Below are positions 37,161 to 45,116 of a stretch of 47,546 nt of DNA, piece after piece. A program made the position numbers and the translations under genes. Under the pieces are notes generated by a model that was not told the origin of the DNA, searched no databases, and was given only the letters and a program-made list of their open reading frames with translations. Every line of letters begins with the position of its first letter. Within the stretch, counting starts at the first letter, position 1. This DNA comes from Acidimicrobiaceae bacterium (GTDB lineage Bacteria > Actinomycetota > Acidimicrobiia > Acidimicrobiales > Bog-793), in the NCBI GenBank assembly GCA_003136185.1, contig PLDN01000135.1:30653-78198 (forward strand), given 5' to 3'.

Positions 37161-38432
37161 TCAGGCTCTCGCCCGCCTTTGCGTCAGCGCCCGCAACGCG
37201 GCTTTTGCGACGGCTCGTGAGGGATGGAGCTCGGCGACGCCGCCGAGCACGAGGAGATCGTCCCTGCTGTCGTGCGCCGAGATACGACCGACGAGAGCAA
37301 TTTGCTGAGCGTGGTTGCCAGCGAGCGCAAGGGTATCGAGGAAGGAGTCGTCCGGATTCCCCACCAGCTGCACCGTGAGCACCTCGACGAAGAAGTCGAG
37401 ATTCTCTTCGCTGTAGAGGCCGCGGGCGTCCTCGAAATCGTGCTCGACGAGCCATGTTGCGGCAAATGCCCTCGTGCCGGGCTCGGTCGCGAGCTCTCGA
37501 ACCGCCGGCTCGGCCACTTCCAAGCCTGCCTCGGCAAGCATGGCCCCGGCCACGGCCCGCAAGCCGGGGTCCTCGCAGACGCGGATCGCCTCGACGAGCT
37601 CCTCGACAGCCTGTTCTTCTGACCGCGCTGCGATCCAGCTGCGGGCGTCACGTTCGAAGGCAACCCTCGCACCGTGCTCCAGCGACGCCAAGAGCTGAGT
37701 TGCGCTCGCTCCGATCATGGTCTCGGCGATCGGGGCGTCGTATCCGGCCTCGATGAGCCAGCGCCTCGTCGTATCGATGCCGGCTCCGGTGAGTGCGACC
37801 GTGCCGTCGACCCTGGCAGCGAGATTGCTTCCCTGCGGCGTCGTGCGCCGCTCTCTCCACTCGACGAGGCCAGCGAACGCGAGGCCGTCCATCATCGATC
37901 CGATATGCGGAAGGACATGGTGGAAGTCCCACTCGAGCGCCGAATCGACAGTGATCTCGGCATCCGCGGGATCGGTGGCAAGCCGTGCGAGCTCTTGAAC
38001 AGGAACGGCACCTCCAGCGGTGTAGAGCACGGCGAGAAGCGCCACGGTGTTCTGGTCGATGAGGCGCTCCACCTCATGCGGTCGCCGACCCATCGTGAGA
38101 GCCCTCAACGTGAGAGCTCCAGTGTCACGCACGACGTCGACGACGTCGTCGAAGGCACTGATTGGATCTGCGGCGAACAGCTTGCCCTTCGGTGTGGCCT
38201 TGAGGCCTACTCTTGAACGGCGCAGCAACCCGGCCTCACTCGCCCAAAGGATCAGGTGTGCCTCGGTCTCAGCCGAGCGGTCGAACTGTCGCCGTGCGGC
38301 GCGCGCCACCAGCGGAACGAGTTCGCGAATCACTGCAGCGTTTGCCCTCGAGCGCGTCAATTCCGCGGCGGACGGCAATACCACCGGCGGCAGTGGCGGC
38401 TCGCTTGTCGGCTTCTCGTAGTCCGCTGTCAT
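37161..38432 (-). CDS. Hypothetical protein (actinobacterial; PLPPVVLPS...AGYDAP motifs)
   Basis: 423-aa ORF with plausible composition filling the space between two clear genes; function not recognised. Confidence 0.7.
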   Translation of the reverse strand: MTADYEKPTSEPPLPPVVLPSAAELTRSRANAAVIRELVPLVARAARRQFDRSAETEAHLILWASEAGLLRRSRVGLKATPKGKLFAADPISAFDDVVDVVRDTGALTLRALTMGRRPHEVERLIDQNTVALLAVLYTAGGAVPVQELARLATDPADAEITVDSALEWDFHHVLPHIGSMMDGLAFAGLVEWRERRTTPQGSNLAARVDGTVALTGAGIDTTRRWLIEAGYDAPIAETMIGASATQLLASLEHGARVAFERDARSWIAARSEEQAVEELVEAIRVCEDPGLRAVAGAMLAEAGLEVAEPAVRELATEPGTRAFAATWLVEHDFEDARGLYSEENLDFFVEVLTVQLVGNPDDSFLDTLALAGNHAQQIALVGRISAHDSRDDLLVLGGVAELHPSRAVAKAALRALTQRRARA

Positions 38433-38455
38433 CGTCCGTATCCTTGCTCTGTGTA

Positions 38456-38471
38456 ACTTGTCCGCGCATGT
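38456..38471. promoter_or_regulatory. Operator variant in reverse orientation
   Basis: ACTTGTCCGCGCATGT, whose reverse complement ACATGCGCGGACAAGT matches copy 2 at 13 of 16 positions; lies between divergent genes. Confidence 0.5.
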
Positions 38472-38492
38472 CGCGCGTAGGCTGCAGCGTCA

Positions 38493-39527
38493 GTGACCTC
38501 TCCCAGACCCTCCGATGAATGGCTAGAGCCAGGCGTCTTCGAAGTCGTGAAGGACGTCTTCCGGATACCTTTGCCGCTGCCGAACGACGCTCTGCGCGCG
38601 GTCAACGTGTACCTATTGAAGGGCGCGAGCGGTCTCGTATGCATTGATTCCGGTTGGTCGCTGCCAGAGTCCCGAGAGCGTCTCGTGCGGTGCCTTACTT
38701 CTCTTGAGTGTGGTCCCGAGGATATCGAGAGATTCCTCGTGACCCACGTGCACCGGGACCACTACACCCAGGCCATCGCTCTCCGCCGGGAGCACCGGAC
38801 GAAGGTGAGTCTCGGGGCAGGGGAGCGGCCCGCGTTGGAAGAGCTTCGCCGCCCTGGCTACTCCGGCCTCCAGCGCCGGACGCAAGAACTCAGGCGGAAC
38901 GGCGCCCACGAGGTCGCCGATCGCTTCTACCGCGAGCGCGCCGGTCAGCCGGGCCCAACGGCCTCCGATTGGGAGTTACCTGACGACTGGCTGACCGGGG
39001 GTGACGTGGTGCGAGCTGCGGACAGGACGCTGGCCGTGATTGAGACTCCAGGCCACACCCGGGGACACGTGGTCTTCCACGACGCGGAACGATGCCTGCT
39101 GTTCGCCGGCGACCACGTTCTGCCGACGATAACCCCGTCGATCGGGTTCGAAGTCGTTCCCTCACCGGACCCTCTAGGGGACTTCCTCAGGTCGCTTGCT
39201 CGTGTGCGGCAACTGCCAGACGCGATGCTGCTGCCGGCGCACGGCCCCGTCGTGCCGAGCGCTCACGCTCGCATCGACGAGCTCGTGGACCACCACGGCA
39301 GGCGTTTGGACAACAGCCTCGCGGCGCTTCGCGCCGGGGCAGACACGGCCTATGAGGTGGCTCTGCAGCTCAAGTGGACGAGGCGGGAGCTGAGCTTCGA
39401 CGAGCTGGACCTGTTCAATCAATCACTTGCCGTCTCGGAGACGGCGGCCCACTTGGTCCTCCTCGAGGCACAAGGGCGCGCGCGCCTTAGCCATGAGGAT
39501 GAGGTCAACAAGTTCGCCGCCGTCTAG
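38493..39527 (+). CDS. MBL-fold metallo-hydrolase
   Basis: IPLPLP, VNVYL, IDSG, THVHRDH, TPGHTRGH, AGDHVLP.ITP, LPAHG. Confidence 0.92.
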   Translation: MTSPRPSDEWLEPGVFEVVKDVFRIPLPLPNDALRAVNVYLLKGASGLVCIDSGWSLPESRERLVRCLTSLECGPEDIERFLVTHVHRDHYTQAIALRREHRTKVSLGAGERPALEELRRPGYSGLQRRTQELRRNGAHEVADRFYRERAGQPGPTASDWELPDDWLTGGDVVRAADRTLAVIETPGHTRGHVVFHDAERCLLFAGDHVLPTITPSIGFEVVPSPDPLGDFLRSLARVRQLPDAMLLPAHGPVVPSAHARIDELVDHHGRRLDNSLAALRAGADTAYEVALQLKWTRRELSFDELDLFNQSLAVSETAAHLVLLEAQGRARLSHEDEVNKFAAV

Positions 39528-39547
39528 CTGACCGATAGGTTGCCACG

Positions 39548-40429
39548 ATGCAGACCGACGCCGACTTCCTCGGGATTACCGCCGCCGACGCTGGCCGTTC
39601 CCGCTTCACCGTGATCGAGCGCCTCGCGCGACTCGACGGCCGCCTCTACGGCGGCGCAGCAATTGCTGTCTCGATCGCGGAGGCCGAGCGGGTGACCGAG
39701 CGCCCCGCGCTGTGGGTCACGACACAGTTCGTGTCGACGGTCGAGAGCGGAGAAGAGGTCGATGTTCTCACCGAGGTGCTCGCTGTGGGCCGCCGCACGT
39801 GCCAGGTCCGGGTCACCGCGAGCAACCAGTCCGGTGAGGTGATCTTCGCCTCGTTGGGTGCCACCGGCAGCCATCGACCCGACGGTCTCACGGGCGTCTT
39901 CGAGAAGTGCCCGACAGTGACGCCGCCATCAGACGCGGATCCGTGGCTGAGTCCCTTCAGCGGCGTGGCGAAAGCGGCGGGCCTCGACCAACACAGGGCG
40001 CCGCTGCGCAAGGCAGGCTTCACTCTCGCAGTCGAGATGCGCGAGCCCGCCGTGCTGCTGCACCCCGAGCCTGGGCCGGGACGAATTTGCCTGTGGGTTC
40101 GCCGCGCTGACTGCGTCGCGGTCACACCGGCCGTCGCCGGCTATCTCGCGGACATGGTCCCCATGAGCGTCGGGTACGCCTTAGGCGTTGTCGCGGGTGG
40201 CACGAGTCTCGACAACACGATCCGCATCGGCTCGTTCGTTGACACCGAGTGGATCCTGCTCGACCTCCGACCGCACCTCGCCGCCGGCGGCTACGCCCAC
40301 GGCGTCGTGCACGTTTGGAGCGAGGACGGCCACTTGCTCGCGACCGCAAGCCAGACGGCCTCCATGATCCAGTTCGACCCATCGCACATCCCGGGTCTCG
40401 CCGAGGCTCCCGACGGTTCACCGACCTGA
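39548..40429 (+). CDS. Acyl-CoA thioesterase II-like (double hot-dog)
   Basis: LYGG, GRRTCQVRV, YLADMVP, GTSLDNTIR, WSEDGHLLATASQ. Confidence 0.85.
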   Translation: MQTDADFLGITAADAGRSRFTVIERLARLDGRLYGGAAIAVSIAEAERVTERPALWVTTQFVSTVESGEEVDVLTEVLAVGRRTCQVRVTASNQSGEVIFASLGATGSHRPDGLTGVFEKCPTVTPPSDADPWLSPFSGVAKAAGLDQHRAPLRKAGFTLAVEMREPAVLLHPEPGPGRICLWVRRADCVAVTPAVAGYLADMVPMSVGYALGVVAGGTSLDNTIRIGSFVDTEWILLDLRPHLAAGGYAHGVVHVWSEDGHLLATASQTASMIQFDPSHIPGLAEAPDGSPT

Positions 40430-40498
40430 AGAGGCGGTCGTGCCCGCCGATTTTGGAGTCTCTCCACCTGGTCGACGTGCCCGAGCCGGGTGCGACGG

Positions 40499-40960
40499 TC
40501 AGCCGTTGACGATCCGCCAGGTCTTCGAGATCACGCTCGGGACGTTCCGATCGTCACGACGCAGGCAGAGCAGGACGATCCATCCGGCGGCCGCTACCAG
40601 CCAGAAACTGACGATTCTTTAGAGCAGGATCGAGGCCAGGGCCTGACCAACGTGAAGCCCCGCTCCCACCAAGCCCACGCAAAGCGTGCCTTCGACCAAC
40701 CCGACTCCTCCGGGTGTGATGCCGCGGCTCCCCACGATGGCTGCGGATCCGTACACCAGAAGAAGGGCGTGCCAAGGAACAGGTGCGCCGATGGCATGGA
40801 TGCTCACCGCGAGGACTCCCGCGTCGGCTAGCCAGTTGGCGAGGGCGAGGCTGTCCCCCCGTATCCAGACCGACGCTGTCGGCCGAAGCGACACGAGGCG
40901 ATCGGCCCATGCACGAATCGCCTCGGTCGGGTCGTGCGCCGGGCGCCGGAGAAGCCGCCT
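40499..40960 (-). pseudogene. Lysylphosphatidylglycerol synthase TM / YbhN-like flippase fragment
   Basis: LANWLAD..L...ITPGGVGLVEG...ALASILL*RIVSFWL: in-frame TAA (40619-40621) where the conserved YR.xSFW motif is expected; no N-terminal part seen; 5' limit approximate. Confidence 0.75.
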
Positions 40961-41153
40961 CGGGCTGGACCTGGAGCCTTTGGCAAGAGCGCAGCTCGAC
41001 CTGCTTGCGCCGATCGCTGGTGGATTGCGGGGTCGGGCCGAGACGACGACTGGTTCCGACGGCCTACTCGCCAGATGGCGCTACGAGTCAGTCGAGGCCG
41101 CCATAGGAGTCCTGCAGGGATCATCGCCGAAGCGACGCAGCCGGCTTGACGGT

Positions 41154-41363
41154 TCAGTCCTTGCCGATCATGACCTCGGTGGCCTTGATCACTGCTTTCA
41201 CGGCGTCGCCTTCGTGCAACTCCAACGACTCGGCGGAGTCCTTCGTGATCGCCGAGATGATCTGCTGACCTCCGGCCAATTCGACGACCACGGTCGACAT
41301 GACGGCCCCGTGATCGACCTGAACTACGACGCCGTCGAGCTGGTTCCGCGCAGAGAGTCTCAT
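41154..41363 (-). CDS. Molybdate-binding Mop/TOBE protein
   Basis: MRLSARNQLDG.V..V..GAVMS.V.VEL.GGQ.I.SAITK.S...L.L..GD.V.AVIKATEVMI, 69 aa. Confidence 0.93.
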   Translation of the reverse strand: MRLSARNQLDGVVVQVDHGAVMSTVVVELAGGQQIISAITKDSAESLELHEGDAVKAVIKATEVMIGKD

Positions 41364-41467
41364 GGCTGGGACGCTAACGACGACCGGTTTGCGGAGAGGT
41401 TTGGTCTCTGCCGGCACGCCGATCGACGCCCTTGTCGTCATCGACTTCCGGGCGCCAGCCGAAAGGC

Positions 41468-41875
41468 TCAGACCCTGATGACCTCGAGGCCAGGTAGGCC
41501 GGCGTAGTCACCGTCCTGAGACGCGACGGGCATCCCGTTCGCGATGGCGGTGGCGGCGATCCAGGAGTCGTTGATCGGCATCCGCTTTCCTGCGTCACGC
41601 AGGGCGAGACGCAAGGTGGCCCAAGCGTGCGCCACTTGTGAATCGACCGGCAGCGGATCGAGTGCCTCTGCGAATGACAAGGTCTCCAGCCGGCGCGCCC
41701 GTGTCGGGCCGTCCTCGGCCGCAAGGACGCCGAGGCGCAGCTCGCCGATCGTGACAACCGACACCGAGACGCGCTCGGGCGGGCGTGCCGCGAGCGGACG
41801 TTCCTGCTCGAGGGCGATGAAGAGGGATGTGTCGGCGAGCGCCAACTCCGTGCTGTCGTCGCTCGGTGTGCTCAC
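41468..41875 (-). CDS. vapC: VapC PIN-domain toxin
   Basis: LADTSLFI, SVVTIGELRLG, NDSWIAATA, SQDGDY. Confidence 0.92.
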   Translation of the reverse strand: MSTPSDDSTELALADTSLFIALEQERPLAARPPERVSVSVVTIGELRLGVLAAEDGPTRARRLETLSFAEALDPLPVDSQVAHAWATLRLALRDAGKRMPINDSWIAATAIANGMPVASQDGDYAGLPGLEVIRV

Positions 41876-42126
41876 GCGATCGGCAGTTCGTCGGTCGTGC
41901 CCGGCAGCAGCTCTGCCAGCTCGGTCGCGAGGTCGGGGTCAGCCCGCCAGCTGTCGCTTCCCTTCATGAAAGCGTCCCAGGAGATCGAACGCGGTCGCGA
42001 CGGCAACGGCACGAGCTCGGCGACGAGCCGGCCGCTCACGGTGACTCGTAGGTGCTCGCCGGACTCGACGCGGCGGAGCACGGCACTGACGTCGTTTCGC
42101 AGCTCACGAGCGGGAATGTCGGCCAC
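41872..42126 (-). CDS. vapB: Phd/YefM-family antitoxin
   Basis: IPARELRN..SAVLRRVESGE...VT..GRLVAELVP; GTGA-coupled to vapC. Confidence 0.9.
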   Translation of the reverse strand: MADIPARELRNDVSAVLRRVESGEHLRVTVSGRLVAELVPLPSRPRSISWDAFMKGSDSWRADPDLATELAELLPGTTDELPIA

Positions 42127-42134
42127 CGCGCTAT

Positions 42135-42152
42135 CGTAGCAATTCTGCTACG
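42135..42152. promoter_or_regulatory. vapBC operator inverted repeat overlapping the -10
   Basis: CGTAGCA-N4-TGCTACG; minus-strand TACGAT 6 nt before the GTG start (leaderless). Confidence 0.7.
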
Positions 42153-42184
42153 CCTTAGGAACACTCTTGTGCAACGTCAGCTCT

Positions 42185-42517
42185 TCAGGATGCCGAAGCG
42201 ATTCCCAGAAACACAACGATCGCACGGTTGAGCCGCACAAGATCGGCGTCATCGAGGACGCCGATCTGCGCTCCCAGCTTGGAGCGGGACACCGTAGTGA
42301 TCTTGTCGACCATGAGCCGGCACGATTCCCGCACTCCGTTAGACGGGGTCGCTTGAATCTCCAAGCGGAACAGGGGGGCAGCGGTCGGATCTGTAGTGCA
42401 GGGGCAGATGATGACCGAATCAGTATCGAATCGGTCATCTTGGACTATCACTGCCGGCCGAGGCTTCCCCGCGTAGTCGGAACCGCCGGCAACAGTCCAG
42501 ATTTCAGCACGCCTCAT
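42185..42517 (-). CDS. mazF: PemK/MazF-family toxin
   Basis: MRRAEIWTV.G...YAGKPRPAVIVQDD, ICPCTT, NG....LMVDKITTV, IG.L. Confidence 0.92.
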   Translation of the reverse strand: MRRAEIWTVAGGSDYAGKPRPAVIVQDDRFDTDSVIICPCTTDPTAAPLFRLEIQATPSNGVRESCRLMVDKITTVSRSKLGAQIGVLDDADLVRLNRAIVVFLGIASAS

Positions 42518-42726
42518 TCATCTGGCCACGAAGAGACCGAATCGACGAACGCTTGGTCGTCAGCTGCGGCGGCACTGGTGGCGACGGCGCGGGACTGGCG
42601 GTGTGCTTCCTCGGCAAAACCGGGCGCGCGCACATCCGGCACCCATATCTGGACCGGGCGCATGCCCTGCGCTCGCAGTCGCGCACGATGCTCGCGGACC
42701 CGCTTTCGAGACCCTGTGTTCGGCAT
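42514..42726 (-). CDS. DUF3018-type antitoxin (MazE-like partner)
   Basis: RVREHRARLRAQGMRPVQIWVPDVRAPGFAEEAHRQS; ATGA-coupled to the toxin. Confidence 0.9.
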   Translation of the reverse strand: MPNTGSRKRVREHRARLRAQGMRPVQIWVPDVRAPGFAEEAHRQSRAVATSAAAADDQAFVDSVSSWPDE

Positions 42727-42740
42727 GACCTCACCTCTCT

Positions 42741-42752
42741 GTTACATGTAAC
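42741..42752. promoter_or_regulatory. TA operator palindrome
   Basis: Perfect palindrome GTTACATGTAAC 15 bp upstream of the antitoxin start. Confidence 0.7.
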
Positions 42753-42910
42753 GATAGCAATTTTCGAGCACCCCGCGGCCGTCGGCGACCAGGCCGTTGC
42801 CGTTCTGCTGGTGGCGACTTGCCAGCGGCGAGCGCTGGGCGAAATATGCAGGACAACGCGCGTCCACGCTGGCGGTCTCGCAGGCATCTCCCTCGGAACC
42901 CAGCAGAATT

Positions 42911-42927
42911 TCCCAGCAACGTCCCAG
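42911..42927 (+). promoter_or_regulatory. MprA/OmpR-like direct-repeat box
   Basis: TCCCAG-N5-TCCCAG (11-bp period) upstream of the yceI fragment. Confidence 0.4.
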
Positions 42928-42984
42928 GGGTGGCGGTCGCCCTGATGAACATGACGCTCCTCTCGTATCTCACGATCTCGACCA

Positions 42985-43395
42985 ATGTCTCCCACTAAGG
43001 CCCGGCGGCGTTGGCTCCGCGGGCTCTTGGCGGGAGTCGCCGAACTCGTCGTCATCGGCGTCGGCGGTCCCTTCGTCTACATCCACTTCATCGAGGGCCC
43101 AGCACCGGCGGCTTTCACGCTGCCGTCGCTCAAGACAACGACAACGACCCCAGGCTCCGGCCTGCCGCCCACGACGAAAACGAGCTCGTCAACCGTGGCT
43201 GGCGCGAGCGGCAAATGGGTCGTCGGGAGCAGCTCACAGGCTGGGTATCGAGTCCAGGAGGTGCTCGCCGGGCAGAACAACACAGCAGTAGGCAGAACGA
43301 GTCAGATCACCGGCACGATCTCGATCAGCGGCTCGACGGTCTCGAGCGCTTCGTTTCTCGTGGACCTCAGGAGGCGCCCCGGTCCACCACGATGA
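42985..43395 (+). pseudogene. Truncated YceI-family secreted protein
   Basis: Signal/TM segment, Thr/Ser linker, W.V...SQAGYRVQEVL.G....AVGRT..ITG.I.I.G..V....F.VDL, then loss of homology at about 43368. Confidence 0.75.
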
Positions 43396-43515
43396 GATGG
43401 TCCGCGATCTCTGTCACGAGGTCGATGTGATGCTCGACGCGAACGACGGTGGTGGTGCCTGTCCGGGTCGCCGCGCGCACGGCGTCGAGCAGCCTCGGAG
43501 GCGGCCTTCGGCGAG
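43367..43515 (-). pseudogene. ABC ATPase C-terminal fragment
   Basis: SPKAAS / RLLDAVRAAT..GTTTVVRVEHHIDLVTEIADHLIVVDRG (H-loop region), frameshifted. Confidence 0.55.
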
Positions 43516-44826
43516 GAGCCCTTTCCCCGTTCGCTAAGCGGCGGTAGCCTGACGGCACAAGGGATTACCACTTGTAAAGAGGGAGCCTAATGAGGACATT
43601 CCGCGTCCTACGCAGGGGTCTCGCGCCCGTTATCGTGCTGTGCGGGTTCTTCGGCACGCAGGTCGTCGGCACGGAGCTGTCGAGCGCTGCGTCGGGCTGG
43701 AAAATCGTCGCTAGCCCCGGCGTTCCGGACACCACGTACTCTGCTCTGCAAGGCATCTCGTGTCCTGCCACCAATGACTGCTTTGCAGTCGGGGAAGGCG
43801 GCACCGGCCTGGGCAAGTTGTCGGAGACGGCGCTGCCTCTCATCGACCACTGGGACGGATCACAGTGGTGGGCCCTCGACGCGCCTGTCAGATTGAACGA
43901 GAACCGGCTCTTAGGCGTGTCCTGCTCCTCGCGGACTTTCTGCGTCGCGGTCGGCTATGACTCGTCATTGAACGGGGACCTTGCCGATGCTGACGTGTGG
44001 AACGGACGGGGTTGGTCGGCGATGGCCTTTCCGAACCCCGATGGGATGAGCTTCGAACTGACCTCGGTGTCGTGCCTCTCGAGCAAGGACTGTGTTGCGG
44101 TGGGCCACGAGTACAACTCCACGGTCTCGACTGCCTTCGCCGCTCACTTCGACGGCAAGAGCTGGAAGGCGGCCGTCGTCACCGGGGTTGGCCCCGAAGC
44201 GCTCCTCGAAGGCGTGAGCTGCTCCTCGGCCACCTCATGTGTCGCCGTCGGCTATGACTTCACCAACGATATCGACACAACGTTGCTTGTCACGACAACC
44301 ACCCAGACAAAGTGGAAGACCGACACGAAGGTGAAGATCGCAGGACAGGATGCCTTGCTCACAGGCGTCAGCTGTGTCAAGGCGCAATCCTGCGTGGCTG
44401 TCGGGTACGAGACCATCTCGAGCTCGAGTTCGCAGATTTCGGGCGACGAGCTAGTCGAGACCGGCAAAGGGTCCTCTTGGAAGGAGACGACACGGGCCAC
44501 AAGCTTGTCGAAGGGCTTCGACGTGCCCGAGGGCGTCGCCTGTTCTTCCCCGACGGCGTGCTCGGTGAGCGGGATCGCCATCTCCCGGGCCGGCGGCGAT
44601 ACGACTATTCTGGCGCTTGTCCAATCCTGGAACGGCCACAGCATCGGCAGCGTGGCCAGCCAGACCGCTCGGGGGTGGACCTACCAGGAGTTGATCGGCG
44701 CTGCTTGCTCGGGCTCGGAGTGCTTTATGGTTGGGCTGCTCTCGAACTCCGCAGGCTCGGTTGAACAGCCTCTGATCGAGCGATCCTGACCTCTCGGTCC
44801 GGGTGGAGGGTGGCCTTCGGCGAGGA
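43503..44826 (+). repeat. 15-bp direct repeat GGCCTTCGGCGAGGA flanking the Cys-repeat gene (43503-43517 and 44812-44826)
   Basis: Exact match seen by eye; both copies are also preceded by GGAGG. Confidence 0.5.
43590..44789 (+). CDS. Secreted protein with 7 Cys-pair repeats (probable beta-propeller)
   Basis: Signal peptide; seven LxGVSC-x4/5-CxAVG units with W-D/N-G-x-x-W motifs. Confidence 0.85.
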   Translation: MRTFRVLRRGLAPVIVLCGFFGTQVVGTELSSAASGWKIVASPGVPDTTYSALQGISCPATNDCFAVGEGGTGLGKLSETALPLIDHWDGSQWWALDAPVRLNENRLLGVSCSSRTFCVAVGYDSSLNGDLADADVWNGRGWSAMAFPNPDGMSFELTSVSCLSSKDCVAVGHEYNSTVSTAFAAHFDGKSWKAAVVTGVGPEALLEGVSCSSATSCVAVGYDFTNDIDTTLLVTTTTQTKWKTDTKVKIAGQDALLTGVSCVKAQSCVAVGYETISSSSSQISGDELVETGKGSSWKETTRATSLSKGFDVPEGVACSSPTACSVSGIAISRAGGDTTILALVQSWNGHSIGSVASQTARGWTYQELIGAACSGSECFMVGLLSNSAGSVEQPLIERS

Positions 44827-45116
44827 AGTGACCGACTGGGGTTGGGATCACGTGACCAGCTTCACGAGTTGGTCGTCAGCCCATTTGTCTGAGTGGTCAT
44901 ATCCGCCGCCCGTGCGGACCTGCGAGCCAGCGGGCCGGTTGAGGGGCCGCCCATCGGCTCAGCCGACTTCAACCGTTCGACACGCGCGTCGGAACCAGCA
45001 ATCAGACCTGTTGTCCGGATCGAGCTGGTGTGCAACCATGACCACCCAGTGCGCTGACTTGCTGACCCGGCCCCAGCCCGGCGGAGTTGATCAGCCGGAG
45101 GACTAGGAGGCCGTCG

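Noticed and set aside
44936-44975. Stem-loop upstream of the Kelch-like gene as a riboswitch
   Set aside because: CGGTTGAGG/CTTCAACCG pairing exists, but no aptamer motif was recognised; an Rfam/Infernal search would decide.
40430-45116. Prophage or IS element in the accessory region
   Set aside because: No integrase, transposase, terminal inverted repeats or phage genes are recognisable.
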